From Chiloscyllium plagiosum (Eukaryota): 64,000 nt of DNA. Of the stretch, positions 50,932 to 62,991 are shown piece after piece. The DNA is taken from NCBI RefSeq assembly GCF_004010195.1, contig NC_057718.1, positions 57,066,264 to 57,130,263 of the forward strand, read 5' to 3'. Numbering within the stretch: position 1 is the first letter of the stretch; each line of letters opens with the position of its first letter. The notes below the pieces were generated by a model. It was not told where the DNA came from. It saw only the letters and a program-made list of their open reading frames with translations, and made no database searches. Made by a program: the position numbers and the translations under genes.

Positions 50932-51959
50932 AAGGGGTCATAATTTTAGGATAAGGGGTAGCAGATTCTAAACAGATGTGTGGAGAAATTACTTCCCTCA
51001 AAGAGTCATGAATCTGTGGAATTCACTACCTCAAAATACAATAGATGATGGGACACTGAGTAAATTTAAGGAGGAGATAGACAGATTTTTAATACATAAT
51101 GAGTTGAAGGGTTATGGAGAGCAAGAAGGAAAGTGGAGGTTAAGCTGAGATAAGATCAGCCATGATTGTATTAAATGGTATGCTCAAAAGGATGAATTGT
51201 CTATTCCTGCTCCAATTTCTTATGTTCTTATTAAAAAACAAAGAACGTCAAATACTGGAAATCTAAAATGGAAACAGTTTCTCCAGAAATTTTTGCTTCT
51301 AATGTCATTATGTTGTGTATTCTTATAAGGGCAAAACACAAACATTTCTTTTGTGCAGAACTGTTTTCTTTTATCTTATACCATGCCCACGGTTTGGGAT
51401 ATAATTCACAAGGGGATGGTTTCTGCTGAGGTGGTAAATGATCCAATTATCACTGCAATCTAAAGAGATTGCAGTTCAATTTTTGCATCTTTTTTTTTGA
51501 AGTCTCTCAGTCTGAAGTTCTTTGACATTCTCTATGTCCAACATTCCATAGGTCCTCTCGGGACTAAATACAATCCACACAGTAATTTTCCAGACAGTCA
51601 CTAATGTGCATTCTCCGAATTTAATTTCTTAGTCATCTTTGAATTTTTTATGAACAAAAACCTTAGAAGTTCTGTACATTGGTAAGTAATTGAGCATTAT
51701 GATCCATTGTTATAATATGTACAAACATATGGATTAAGAGCAGAAGTAGGTCATTCAGCCCCTAACTGTTCCAACATTCAATAAGATCATAGCTTTGCGT
51801 TTCGAATTCTATATTCCCATCTACCCTAAAAATCTTTTATTTAACAATAATCTGTCTACTTCTGCCTTAAAAGTATTCAATTACATCACTTCCATTACTT
51901 CATGACTAAGTCTCTTCAGGATCTACTCGGCTCACCTCACATGAGAAAGACAGAATGCC

Positions 51960-53870
51960 CAAAAAAATAGTGTGTTCCATTACCAACCTGGCTGGAAACC
52001 CATATCCAGTGGGTTCATCTACTTGCAGTCTGAAAACTAAATTCAAACTCAATCTTAGAACCCGCTGTATATGAACCTCATGGATAATAAGCAAAATAAT
52101 CTTCCAAAATGAAGAACTGGTGTTGTTGCCCATGAACTCAGGCACTTTAACATTGATATCACTGCCCTGCTGGAGACATGAAGAGCAGGTGAAGGGCAAT
52201 TGAGGGAAGAAGGTGATGCTTATATCTTCTGGAGAAGAAAACCCAGATTAACCCACAACACATGGAACTGGATTCACTATCACAAACAAACCTGTCAGCT
52301 GACTTTCAGAATCCGTATCAACGATCACTTCATGACTCTCCATCTACAACTTGCCAAGAACAAGCAGGCAATGGTTACTCCAATCTTTGATGCCATAGAT
52401 GAGTCCAACGAAGGCTTTTACTTAATCCTGGACACCATACTCACCAGCATCCCTAAGGAACATAGTATTTTCAAACTTGGGGACTTCAATGTCAGAGTTG
52501 GAAACAATGCCCAACATTTTAAAGGAACCATGAAAAAGGAAGGAATCAGGAATTCCAACTCTTAACGGGATTGTCCTGCTCATCAAATGTGTGGAACACC
52601 AGTTGGTCATCACTAACACACTGTTCTGTCAAAGAGAGAAGTTCATGATGTCCTGGAGGCATCCATGATCAAAGCACTGGCATATGATCAACTACATCAT
52701 TGTTCGATCCTGAGACACAAGGGATGCCCTCAACACCAAGCCAATGACCAGTTCAGACAACAGCTGAATAGACCACCAGCTCATCTGTCCTCAATGTTCA
52801 TCAAATGAATCCAGAAACAGCTGAAGATGAAGAAACAGTTAAAAAAAAAGCTTTAAGAGCCAGCAGACTAGTGAACTTTGAATAATGACTTCATCAAATT
52901 TCCAAGGACTTCACTTTAATCGAGTTGAAGAAATGTGGGAAGTGCTGAAACCAGCCATTGTCTCATGCTGTGAAGAAACCATCAGTTAAAAGCCCAGGAT
53001 TCACCAAGATGAGAATGACGACATTATCCAAGATCTCATCAACAAAAAGAGGAAAGTTCTCCATGTCAGCAATAAAACATCAACAGCAAGGCAAAAAGGA
53101 GAAACCATCAAATAGCTAAGTCAGAGTACAAAGAAGAATGAGATAAATCAAGAACCAATGGTGGATTGAGAAAGCTAAGAAGCTGCAAGTCCTTGTTGGT
53201 AAGAATGACACCTGAGGCTTCTTCATTGATACCAAGGCAATTTTTGGACTCCTCACCCTTGACCTCAAAATAGTTCAGAGTAAGGATTGAACCCTTTTGA
53301 GAGACAGAGAAAACATCATCCTCCAATAGAGAGACCTCTTTAAAGAACTCCTAAGTCATGATAGAATTCCTGCCATGGATGTGTTGAGGAATCTCCAACT
53401 CACCATCAAAGATGATATTATATACATCAAAGAATGTAAAAGCGACAGACATAGATGGGATTCCAGCAGAGATGTTCAAACTTGGAGGAGCAGTGCTAAC
53501 CTCTATCAACTGTTTCTGAAAATCTGGGGCAAAGAAGAATCCTCGCTGGGCTGCTTCTCTGACACTCTGAGGAAATCCATCCTGAAAGCCAGTGTGGCTT
53601 CCAACCAAACCGTGGAACAATGGACATGATTTTCATTGCTCGGCAACTCCAAGAGAAGTGCTAGGAGTTGACCTTCATCAATCTGACCAAGGCTTTTGAC
53701 TCAGTGAGTCAGAACGTGCTATGGAAGACCCCGTCAAAGGCTGGCTGTCCGGTGAAATTCATCAACATCCTCTATCTCCTCCATGACAAGATATCTACAA
53801 CAGTGTACACCAAAGGTCATATGGCAAAATAGAAGTCAAGATGGGAGTCGAGCAGGAATCTCTAATAGCT
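51960..53870 (+). mobile_element. Decayed RTE-clade LINE (endonuclease to RT)
   Basis: IDITAL.ET, IFKLGDFNVRVG, LVITNTLF, DMIFIARQLQEKC and FINLTKAFDSV. Confidence 0.82.
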
Positions 53871-53955
53871 CCACCTGGAAATGACACAACCAACTCTAGC
53901 AGACCGAGTCACATAAATAGTAAGCAGGACAGAACACCAGTGCTTCACTGGAGGT

Positions 53956-53996
53956 GCACTGATGATGTTACCCTAGAATGGTGATGAAATGTCTGC
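53956..53996 (+). ncRNA. Minimal type I hammerhead ribozyme (family B) in a short PLE terminus (~53875-54032)
   Basis: GCA-CUGAUGA-U-GUUACC(CUAGAAU)GGUGAU-GAAA-UG-UC-UGC. Confidence 0.62.
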
Positions 53997-54169
53997 GAAC
54001 AAACTTAACAACTCAGTGAACAAGTCAACAACCCAGTCCCTCTCAGTCCCAGCCCCATATCCTAACTCCATAATCCTACACCCATCATGGTAAATCCACT
54101 TAGTCTGCACATCCTGGACACTATGGGGTGATTTAACATGGCCAATTCACTTAACCTTATGTCTTCCAG

Positions 54170-57100
54170 AGTGTTGATACTGGTGTAACTTGGATTGCCA
54201 AGAACAATGCTGATTAACATATTATGTATAACATATTCCACATGAGTCTTATACATGTTAAGACCTTAAGCTGGGCAGCTAGTTAGGCCATGCTGCCTGT
54301 GCCATTTGACAATTGTACATTCGTTTGTGGTAAGGTTATCTCGCCCTCATAAATGTATCTTAAGTTTTCCCGTATCTGCCAAAGTATTGATGATCCATTG
54401 GTACTGCAGTCATCATTTCTAATTTGAGAGATTTAATTACAGATTGATCAAATTATTAATCGTCCAGTCATTGCTCTGATTTACCTATGTCAGATCTTGG
54501 TCTACACTGCGCTGTCTGCCTTGGAGCATTGTCTGTCTGTTTTCCAAGAAGTCCTTAATGTTTGGTCCACATTACCAAATCAATAGAATTTACTACTGAG
54601 TTCTCCATATTGGATGCAATAGCGACATCATTGACCAGTTTGCATTTCAGTCGAGCTTTATTCTGAACTGTGGGTGTGCAGCCAATAACCACCCACCACC
54701 ATTGAACCAAGCCACCTGTGTTATCACTTGTTTTACCAAAGCTTATGCAATGCTGAACCAAACATTCTCAGGCCAGTCAACATGGTGCATCATTACAGGT
54801 ATCAGCTCATGGTGTACATTATCACATACTATTGTTTTTACATTACCACATACCATCATTGTCATTGATTCAATAAGTTTGTTGCATTGAGAGCATATCC
54901 ACCATTCTCATTTTAACATTACTGTGTTGCTGACCTTATGCCAGGCCAGTTTGGCATGCAACTCATCTTTTTAGTGTCAAAATTTTTCTGCCCAGTTGTA
55001 GAGAAATGCGGTGGCCATGCAGACAACAATTACATGTGAAGTCATAAGTTTCATCATAATACAATAACCTTATTGCTCATTCCTTCTTCTACACTAGCAC
55101 TGAGGAAATCATCCCAAATCATACATAATGGATGTTTCTCTATTAGACAAATTGCTCTTAGTCCATACAGCGAGCAGTTCCATTGTATATGTATCCGTCC
55201 TTGGGAGATACTTGGAAAGCACAGTTCCCACAACACATAGCACTACCAAGGTTAGCATGATTCAATTACTTCCATTAATCAGTATTCTGGAAAATATAAA
55301 TCAATCAGTGAATTGCTCCAGTTGCAGCTGGTGATCATTTCTTTTATGTCTACGAACACACATATTGTTAATTATGATCACTATAGTATCCTATCCATTG
55401 TAGCACAAATTGTAGCTCCTCCAACATGATCTTTACCATGATCTTTACCATGATCTTATCTTCTACAGTGGATATCTCAGCCTGTTCCATTCCTGCCTCT
55501 ACTTACCTGTTATGTGAGTGGCTGGTCCCAAGTTTCTTTTCTCAGTTTGTGCAGCTACTTGCATGGCTTTCTTACCAATCATTTAACTCGTTCACTTGCA
55601 GGTCTTACTTCTTCGCTACCAGTCACACCAACCCTTGCAATTTCATTGTATCACGAACTGTCATGAACCCAGATAGTGTTGATCCATTTGATACTGGATG
55701 TTATCCAAAGTCACATCAGGATATTAGACAACAGAGCTGACCATCCCTGTGCCATCACCTGGATGGCTTCAGCTAATGTTCTGGTTAATGTTCAATTGAT
55801 TTGCTGTACCATACCTAAGCTTTGTGAAAGGTAGGGGATGTGAAATTTCATTTGATTCCTAGCAACCTACTTCAATTTACTTCATAAATATATAAGAGGT
55901 AGGAGGATAGGCCATTCAGCCTCAGGCCTCAACTTTTTGATCTTTCAAAGGTATCTACCTCCACTTCAAATACTGAATTCCAGACATAGACTGTTCTCTG
56001 GGAGAAAAATACAATTGTATCTCTTTTAAATGAATGCCCCTTATTCTATAACTATGTCCGCACAGTTCATGGACATAGTTTACAAGTAGAAGCATCTACT
56101 CTGTCAAATTCCTTCAGAATCTTTATATTTCAGTAAGGTCATTCCTTGTTGTTCTAAATGCCAATGAATAAAGACCTAGCCTGTTTAGCTTTTTTGATAA
56201 GTTAATCCTTGTCAGCTTGTTGAATCTCTTATGAACCGCCTCCAATGCCAGTATATATATATTAAATTCAGGGACCAAAACTGTACATGGTATTCCAAGT
56301 GTAGCTCATCAACAACATATACTGCTGTAATATGACTTTGCTATTTTTAAACTTCCTAGTAATAAAGGTGACTTCTTAATTACTTGCTGCAAATTAATTA
56401 CTCCTTAATTCTTAGTCAGTCATCCTGTAAAATGTATTCCCTAATCTCAATTCATCAGTATCAGTATTCCCATCTTGGAATATCTCTTCTAACATTATCC
56501 CAGCAACATCTGTCACTGAACAGTCTCATGTGGGATAGACTTGCACCTACCTTGTAGGATGGTCAATAATAACTAAACTAAGTTTTTCTCCAACATGGTA
56601 GGAGTGATCTTGTGAAACCTATTTGTAGCTGCTTCCATGGCCCCTTTGGTCAGGGTTGTTGCAATTTGAGAATTTTGACTGATTTTTCCGAGTTACTTTG
56701 GGCACACACCAGGCATTGCTGACAGTGTTTTGTTTCTTCCCATTGCTTACCAATACAAGCATCAGCCTAAGTTCCCAAACATGGCTTCCTACGTAAGGTG
56801 TTCACTTCCATGGTATATTTTCACAAAGTAATGCTGAATACAGTGTGATGCTACCACCCTTTCCTATTTTCACCAGATGTTATTGGCACCTTTTACCACT
56901 CCTTGTTCTTTCCAACACTTGTTTCCTCCTATTCTTTATACCTTTGTAAATGTATCATGCTTACTTACTCCAAACAAATTGTTACTGCTGCCACCTGATG
57001 CTCAGTCTGTTGTATTGCCTTCTTAGCTGCCTTAGTTACTTAATTGATTAAAGTCTATTCCTTTTTGATTGCTTAAACCTTTGTCAGTGCTGCCTATATT

Positions 57101-57200
57101 GGTAGTCTAATAGCCTCCACTAATTCTTTAATTACTTTGTCATTCTGTATATACCCTCCTCCTGAGGTGACAGACCTCCTTCAATTTCATGTTATCATGT
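54170..57200 (-). mobile_element. Decayed endogenous retrovirus remnant: RNase H, integrase and env-like region, interrupted by CR1 debris (~55890-56400)
   Basis: Manual minus-strand reading across frameshifts gives IQNDKVIKELVEAIRLP..AALTKV (RNase H end, ~57150), CQQCLVCAQSN...GPWKQLQIGF...LVIIDH...EEIF (integrase, ~56725-56470) and FHIPYLSQSLGMVQQIN*TL (~55850-55790). A downstream Cys-rich region starts with a signal-peptide-like stretch at ~55258. Confidence 0.7.
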
Positions 57201-59056
57201 AAACATGTAAAATCCAAAGGCTTACCTACTGTCTATATAAATGCTAGATTGTTATCACATTATGTAATAATCTTGACCTAACATTTCAATTGTTTTCAAG
57301 GTTGTATTCTTCTCTCCACCGCACCTAATGATGGAGATAGTCACTACCTATCTGTGATGTCATTGCCCACCTACAAATTACTTTGCTCAGTAACATTCTA
57401 TAACAGAAGTTATTGCTAATCCTTTACGATTAGCATTTAGACACAAAGGCTTCAACTAACAAATGAAATTAACTTATAATATCCAGTAGTTCACTTTTCC
57501 TTAAACTGTATTTGATTTGTGGATATTTCTTATTATTCCTCTTAGAGTTCCCAAACATTTAATTGTTCCAATCCAAACTTAATCCCATATATACTAGTTA
57601 TTTTATCTGCCATTCCCTTAATTATAAACATATAAATTCCAAATTCATGTAGTCAGTCGAGTTAAACCCTGATAGATTATTTCCAAGTCACAAAAAAAAA
57701 TTGATTTTCACTTCGACATCAGACACCTCATTACCATTATATATCATTCACAAGTCTCAGAGAACTTTTATTGTCCAATAAAAGATGCTTACAATATTCT
57801 TAAAATTGAAATCAATCTATTCTATTTAATCCCTCCCACTGAATCAAAGAAAAACCTGAAAAATGACTCCTCATTTTCTTGTTAAGAACCTTATAGCCCC
57901 TAAGACTGAGTATTGAATTTCACAACTTTAGACCTGACCTCATGAGGTCTGTCCTCCATTTCACTTACATTTTCCCATTACTATCCCACAGCAAATATGC
58001 TTGTCTTGTTTATGCCTTGTTTACTTTGCTATCAGTTAAGAATACCCACTTTCATCCTTCTACATCTTAATTTAGACCCATTTTATTATCTATTTCTCTT
58101 TTACCCCAGTTAGGAGTCTTTTTTTCTGCACTGGCCTGCTGCATCATCTGTTCCCCTCGCTCTTCATCTGCTTTCTGTCTAAACTACAAATGACACCATT
58201 TTCCAAAGCTTTGAAGTCCTGATGAAGTGTCATATCGGACTTGAACAGTTAACTCTGTATTATACTTCATGGATGCTGCCATGTTACGTTTTCTGTTTTC
58301 CCACAGGTATAGTCTGTATTTCAGCCAAGTCTCTCAGTATCTTTTTGATATTACAGCTCCTCCACTTAAAGCTTGACTTTGCATTTCTGTGTTTCCCATT
58401 TGCTTTTCCAATCTGACTAAAACTTTAACCCTTAACTAACTAACGTCCACCTCTTGAGCCATCCCTTAAATTTTTCTTTGCCATAGGAATATACTTATTT
58501 TGAGTATTCTGAAATATTCCCTTAAATGTCTGCCCCTTCATCTTTATTGGTCTATCCCCAAGCCTCATATTATTGTGCATTTCAGCTGGCTCAGCCTTCA
58601 TGCCTTCATTGTTGCCTGTATTTAAGCTTAAAATACTGCTCTTAGACCACTTTTCTTCTTTTCAAGCCAGATTTAAAATTCAGTCATATTGGGGTCCCTG
58701 CCCCATAGGTTTGGCTTTACTCTGAGATAATTAATTTTTCACCCAAGCCAATTCTATGTCCGAATCTCCTGAACTAAGGTTATCTCTATTGTTGTACCAA
58801 TGCCAAAGTACCTCACTACTTTTACTTAGATTGCTATTCTTCTTTAATGTCAAATATCCCCCAATATTTAGGACCCAATCTCTACTTTTAACACACATAA
58901 TAAAACATGCCTTAATCAAGAAAAGCATGAACTCTCTCACACTAAGCAAAAGGATTGGAAGTATTTCAGTACGTTCATTATTTCTTTTATCCCAGTAATA
59001 TCCTTAAAAATACGAAACCCCAGTGAAGATTCCTCAAGCCATTGCTCAAACTGGCT

Positions 59057-59302
59057 TAGATTAGATTCCCTACAGTGTAGAAATAGGCCCTTCGGCCCAA
59101 CCAGTCCACACCGACCCTCCCGAAGAGTAACCCACCCAGATCCATTTCCCTCTGACTAATGCACCTAACACTACGGGTAATTTAGCATGGCTAATTCACC
59201 TGACTTGCACATCTTTGGACTGTAGGAGGAAACCGGAGCACCCCAAGGCTGGAATCGAACCTTAGACCCTGGTGCTGTGAGGCAGCAGTGCTAACCACTA
59301 AG
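59057..59302 (-). mobile_element. V-SINE (HE1-like) with internal deletion
   Basis: TTAGATTAGATTCCCTACAGTG tail, partial V-domain and tRNA-like head. Confidence 0.82.
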
Positions 59303-59448
59303 CTCCAGTTACTACCTCAGCTGTTCGAGTTTTGTTCTGGCAATTCTTTGTACATTCTCCAGATGTTTTGTCCGTTGTATCTCTTCCTGACACACCTAAA
59401 ACAAACTGACAATAAACTTAACTTTCAAACAAATGTAAGTTCCGTATA

Positions 59449-60324
59449 CAGAGGAACCTCAATTATCTGAATATCAATTATCCAAATTTCGGATTATCCA
59501 AAGAAGGTCTCAAGGTCCTGATAGAAACATTACATCAAAGAGGTGTTTCCAACACTGATCGCGTCTTTTATTTACAATAATTAAAAATGAACTCGGCTTA
59601 CTGAAATGCTGCCGACAACCGTTCTGGACATGATGGGAGCCCAGGCACCGTCTCCAAATGACTGACCGCCAGCCCTCTCTCTCCCCACACTTTTCCTGGT
59701 GATCTACACAGGGGTGTACCCTAAACCCCCTTCCCCAGATAATCTCTCCAATATTGTCCTGTATAGGGCAAAGGTGGAAGTTGTCAAAAGGTTGCAGGTG
59801 TGTGTGTGTGTGTGTGCGTACGTACGTGCGTGCTCGCACGCTATTTTTAAGACTCACCCCCTAAAGGCAGCAGCAGTCTTGTTGGTGTCTAGTCTGGCTG
59901 CCCCAGAGGGGGTTGGAGCGCATGGGGTGTGTGGTTGGAGGTGGGGGCAGATGGTGGTAGGATTGGGGGGCCAGAGGGAGCACGGGGTTGGGGGCAAATG
60001 GGGAGGCAGGGACGGGTGCTGCTGCCTAGTCTCCTGAACGGGAAGCGGACTTACAAGTGCTCACTGTGCCAGTCCCATTGAACTGATTGCGGGGGGGAGA
60101 AGGAGGCTTCAGCAATGCTGCAGGTCCCTTACACACAAGTGTGTGTCTGCTCAGAAACAAACCCTGAGACAGAGAGAGGGAGCAAGACTGGCAGAGCGAG
60201 GAAAAAGGAAACTTCAGAAAACTCCGAACCCCAGAGGAGAGGCATTGAATCAATTAACCAAATAATCAATTATCTGAATGAAATACTGCCCGCCCATCTC
60301 GTTTGGATAATCGAGGTTCCACTG
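59449..60324. mobile_element. Non-autonomous Tc1/mariner (pogo/Tigger-like) DNA transposon
   Basis: TA TSDs at 59447-59448 and 60325-60326. TIRs CAGAGGAACCTCAATTATCTGAA and reverse-complemented CAGTGGAACCTCGATTATCCAAA match at 19/23. No transposase is seen. Confidence 0.85.
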
Positions 60325-62016
60325 TACTTACTTGTCAGCAGTATTGGATTTCTTTCTCATGAGTTTAACTTCCCTACTTCTGATGTCTGGCATATCTACA
60401 TTCTGGCGTCTCCTGAATTTTTCTATCTCTGTATGTTCCTGGATCCCTGTCGTTAGACAACAACATAGTTTTTTTCTCTACCTTTAATATACTAATCCAT
60501 CAACTTCCAAGGGTTGTAAAATATCATTAAAAAGTATGTGTACCAACAGGTTTACAGATCTCCCCTCCACCAACTGCTCAAAACAACTCTAAAAACAAAA
60601 CTCCAGCCTTAATAACCTTAATAACAGAAAAAAAATCAGTAATTTAAATTAAAAGGTATATGATGTTCCTTATACTGGTTATCTTTGATGACATAAATTA
60701 TTTCCCCAGAGTACTCCTTTGGACAGTACTCCTGAGTTTTGCCAGAGGAATTTGCTTAATTGAATTACTCGGACATAAAATGACAAGCAAGCAGTGTGAT
60801 TTATTTAAAAGACAAGTAACTATAAATTAATGCAAGAAATGATCTGTTGAAATATTATGGTAAAACACTCTTCTTAGATTTTTCATCTGAAATCCCTTAT
60901 TTCTAAAAATATTCTTACAATGTTATTGAAGCCAACTCAATTAAGATATAAATCTGTTTTAGGTAGCATTCTTCTGATAGATTTTGTTGGTTTACACCAA
61001 GTTTGGATTATTCCTCAGAAGTACATCGTGACCTCTTACTCCTTGAGTGTTGTTTTGTACAATCTATCTGTTTGACACTTTGTAATCTGACTCTCATTAA
61101 GCAAGTCTGTGTGAGCTGTTTGTGTTTGGGTAAACAAGCATTCCATGTGTTCGGTTGTAAATGGCTGTAATCTGAAGTAGTAATGTAAGATGCAGTAAAA
61201 TTGGTTCCTTTTGTTTTGGCAAAATACCACAGGGGTTTAGATCATATTTTTGTACATAGGTTTGACTGAGAAAGCAATATTTTAACCAGGAGGCTAACAA
61301 CTGTTTTGTGTCAGATTAGTAGGGAATCTAGGTCAGATGGATACTATAGGAAATAAAGAACTGCTTTGTATTTAGAGAGGCAACAAGTGGTAGCTTTATT
61401 TTCTAATATATGGACAATAGTGAAATGTATATTTCACTTTTGTTTAGTCTAAAGTAGCTTATTCATCTGTATTAATGTAAGGGAAGCCATTAACTGGCCT
61501 CATAATCTATATCTTAATTAGCTAATAGCACAAATCATTTCACTTATTGAACTTAGAAGAATCACATGGCAGCACACAATAATATTTTAGTAATTGATAT
61601 ACACAGAAAAGGTCATGTCCACTTTCTTTCATTTTCTCTTCCCCTCCTTCAAAATTTGCCTGCTCGCTATTCACTCACCCTCTGTTCCCGCCTGCATGCA
61701 TTTCAGTTATTTTTACAAGTGAGAATTGATCCTTTGTAGTCAGCTAGTTCAGCCCTGGAATTTATTACACAATGTTCATTTTGAGCATAGTCTTTTCTGA
61801 AGAAAAAGATCTCTTGACATAAAAGGGGAATAAAAGATATTTCATTTTCGTCACAGCTTACTGACCCAAGCTCTTGTTCTGATTATTTGCTATCTCCTAT
61901 TATCGAGGCAATTCATCACTGGAAATTGATGGATTCCTTTGTGGATTTTTTTTGTGTTGTTCCCCACTCCAAACAAGAACATGTAAATTACTTTATTTCT
62001 ACACGTAGTGTTTTTG

Positions 62017-62310
62017 GAGGAGGCAGTGTAGTGATAATATCACTGTACATAAGTTAATGCTTTGGAAACACAGATTCATGGCAGTGGATGGAATTTAATT
62101 CCGAATAATAAATCTAGAGTTAAAAGCTGTCTTCATCAATAGCGATCCCAGAATCATTGTCAATTGTTGCAAAAACTCATCTGGTTCACTAATTTCCTTT
62201 CAAGGGAGGGAATTTATTCTTATGTGATCTGGCCTACATGTGACAGCACATCCTCAGCAAAGTGGTTGGCTCTTAATTTCCCTCTGAAATTGCTTGGCAA
62301 GCACTCGTGG
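62017..62310 (+). mobile_element. Deu-domain SINE (SacSINE/AmnSINE-like); tail resumes at ~62992-63035
   Basis: AAAAACTCATCTGGTTCACTAAT...TCTGGCCTACATGTGAC...GTGGTTGGCTCTTAA resembles the recalled DeuSINE-family body. Confidence 0.6.
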
Positions 62311-62311
62311 A

Positions 62312-62991
62312 TGTACGATACCTTTAAGGAGACTAAAAGATAGCAGTGATAGCACCAAGTATTCTAAATAAAACACAATGTAACATGTGATCCAGCTACT
62401 GCGGTAGCTGGTTGCCTGGAAACGACAAAACATTCAAATTAGGCCAATCAGTTTAAATTATATCCTGAAAAATACCAAATTCCAATCAAGTTTGACTTGA
62501 GTATATTGACAATCTTAAAAGCCAATGACACAATCAGATGGTTTGGGGTATAAGACCAGAGAAAATTGAACAGTTGGGAGAAGAACTGCCAAGCCAGCGA
62601 CATCTGCACACTGCCCAGAAAATAACTCTCTTAAAAGATACCTTAAACGATCAGTAACCTGTGAAGCAGACTTCCCAAGAAGAAAAAGGCAGGAATTCAG
62701 AGAAAACTGAGAGCAGCCTGGTTTTGAAATAAGAAGCGTTGTTTTGTAAATCTTAATTGGGAGTTTTATCGGACTAGTATTCTAGAAGGGAAGGTAAAAG
62801 ATAGGTTAGAGGAAGGACTTGTAAACAGTTGTTAGTTAATTATTCTCTTATACTTCAAGAAGTAAAGTTGTTAATTTTTACTTTAACAAGTTCTTGACCT
62901 ATCGAATTTTCACAGATTACTGCATGGGGTAAATCTTTTCTGTGTTGCTGGTTTTTAAATTAAGCAGGAGAGTTTACCCCATGTCGTAACA
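62312..62991 (+). mobile_element. Probable solo LTR inserted in the SINE
   Basis: TGTACGAT...GTCGTAACA termini, three CCAAT boxes (~62443, 62482, 62522), TATAA at ~62549 and AGTAAA at ~62861. No clean TSD. Confidence 0.6.

Larger units (their letters stand above)
50400..51232 (+). mobile_element. CR1 LINE 3' fragment
   Basis: LQLYKALVRAHLE, GDLIEVYKML and NYFPQRVMNLWNSLP. Confidence 0.8.

Noticed and set aside
58219..58290. Additional hammerhead-like motif CTGATGAAG...TGAACAGTTAACTCTG, and similar traces at ~3606 and ~29985
   Set aside because: The GAAA box and/or helix II are destroyed. These are probably old PLE termini but are not supportable as ribozymes.
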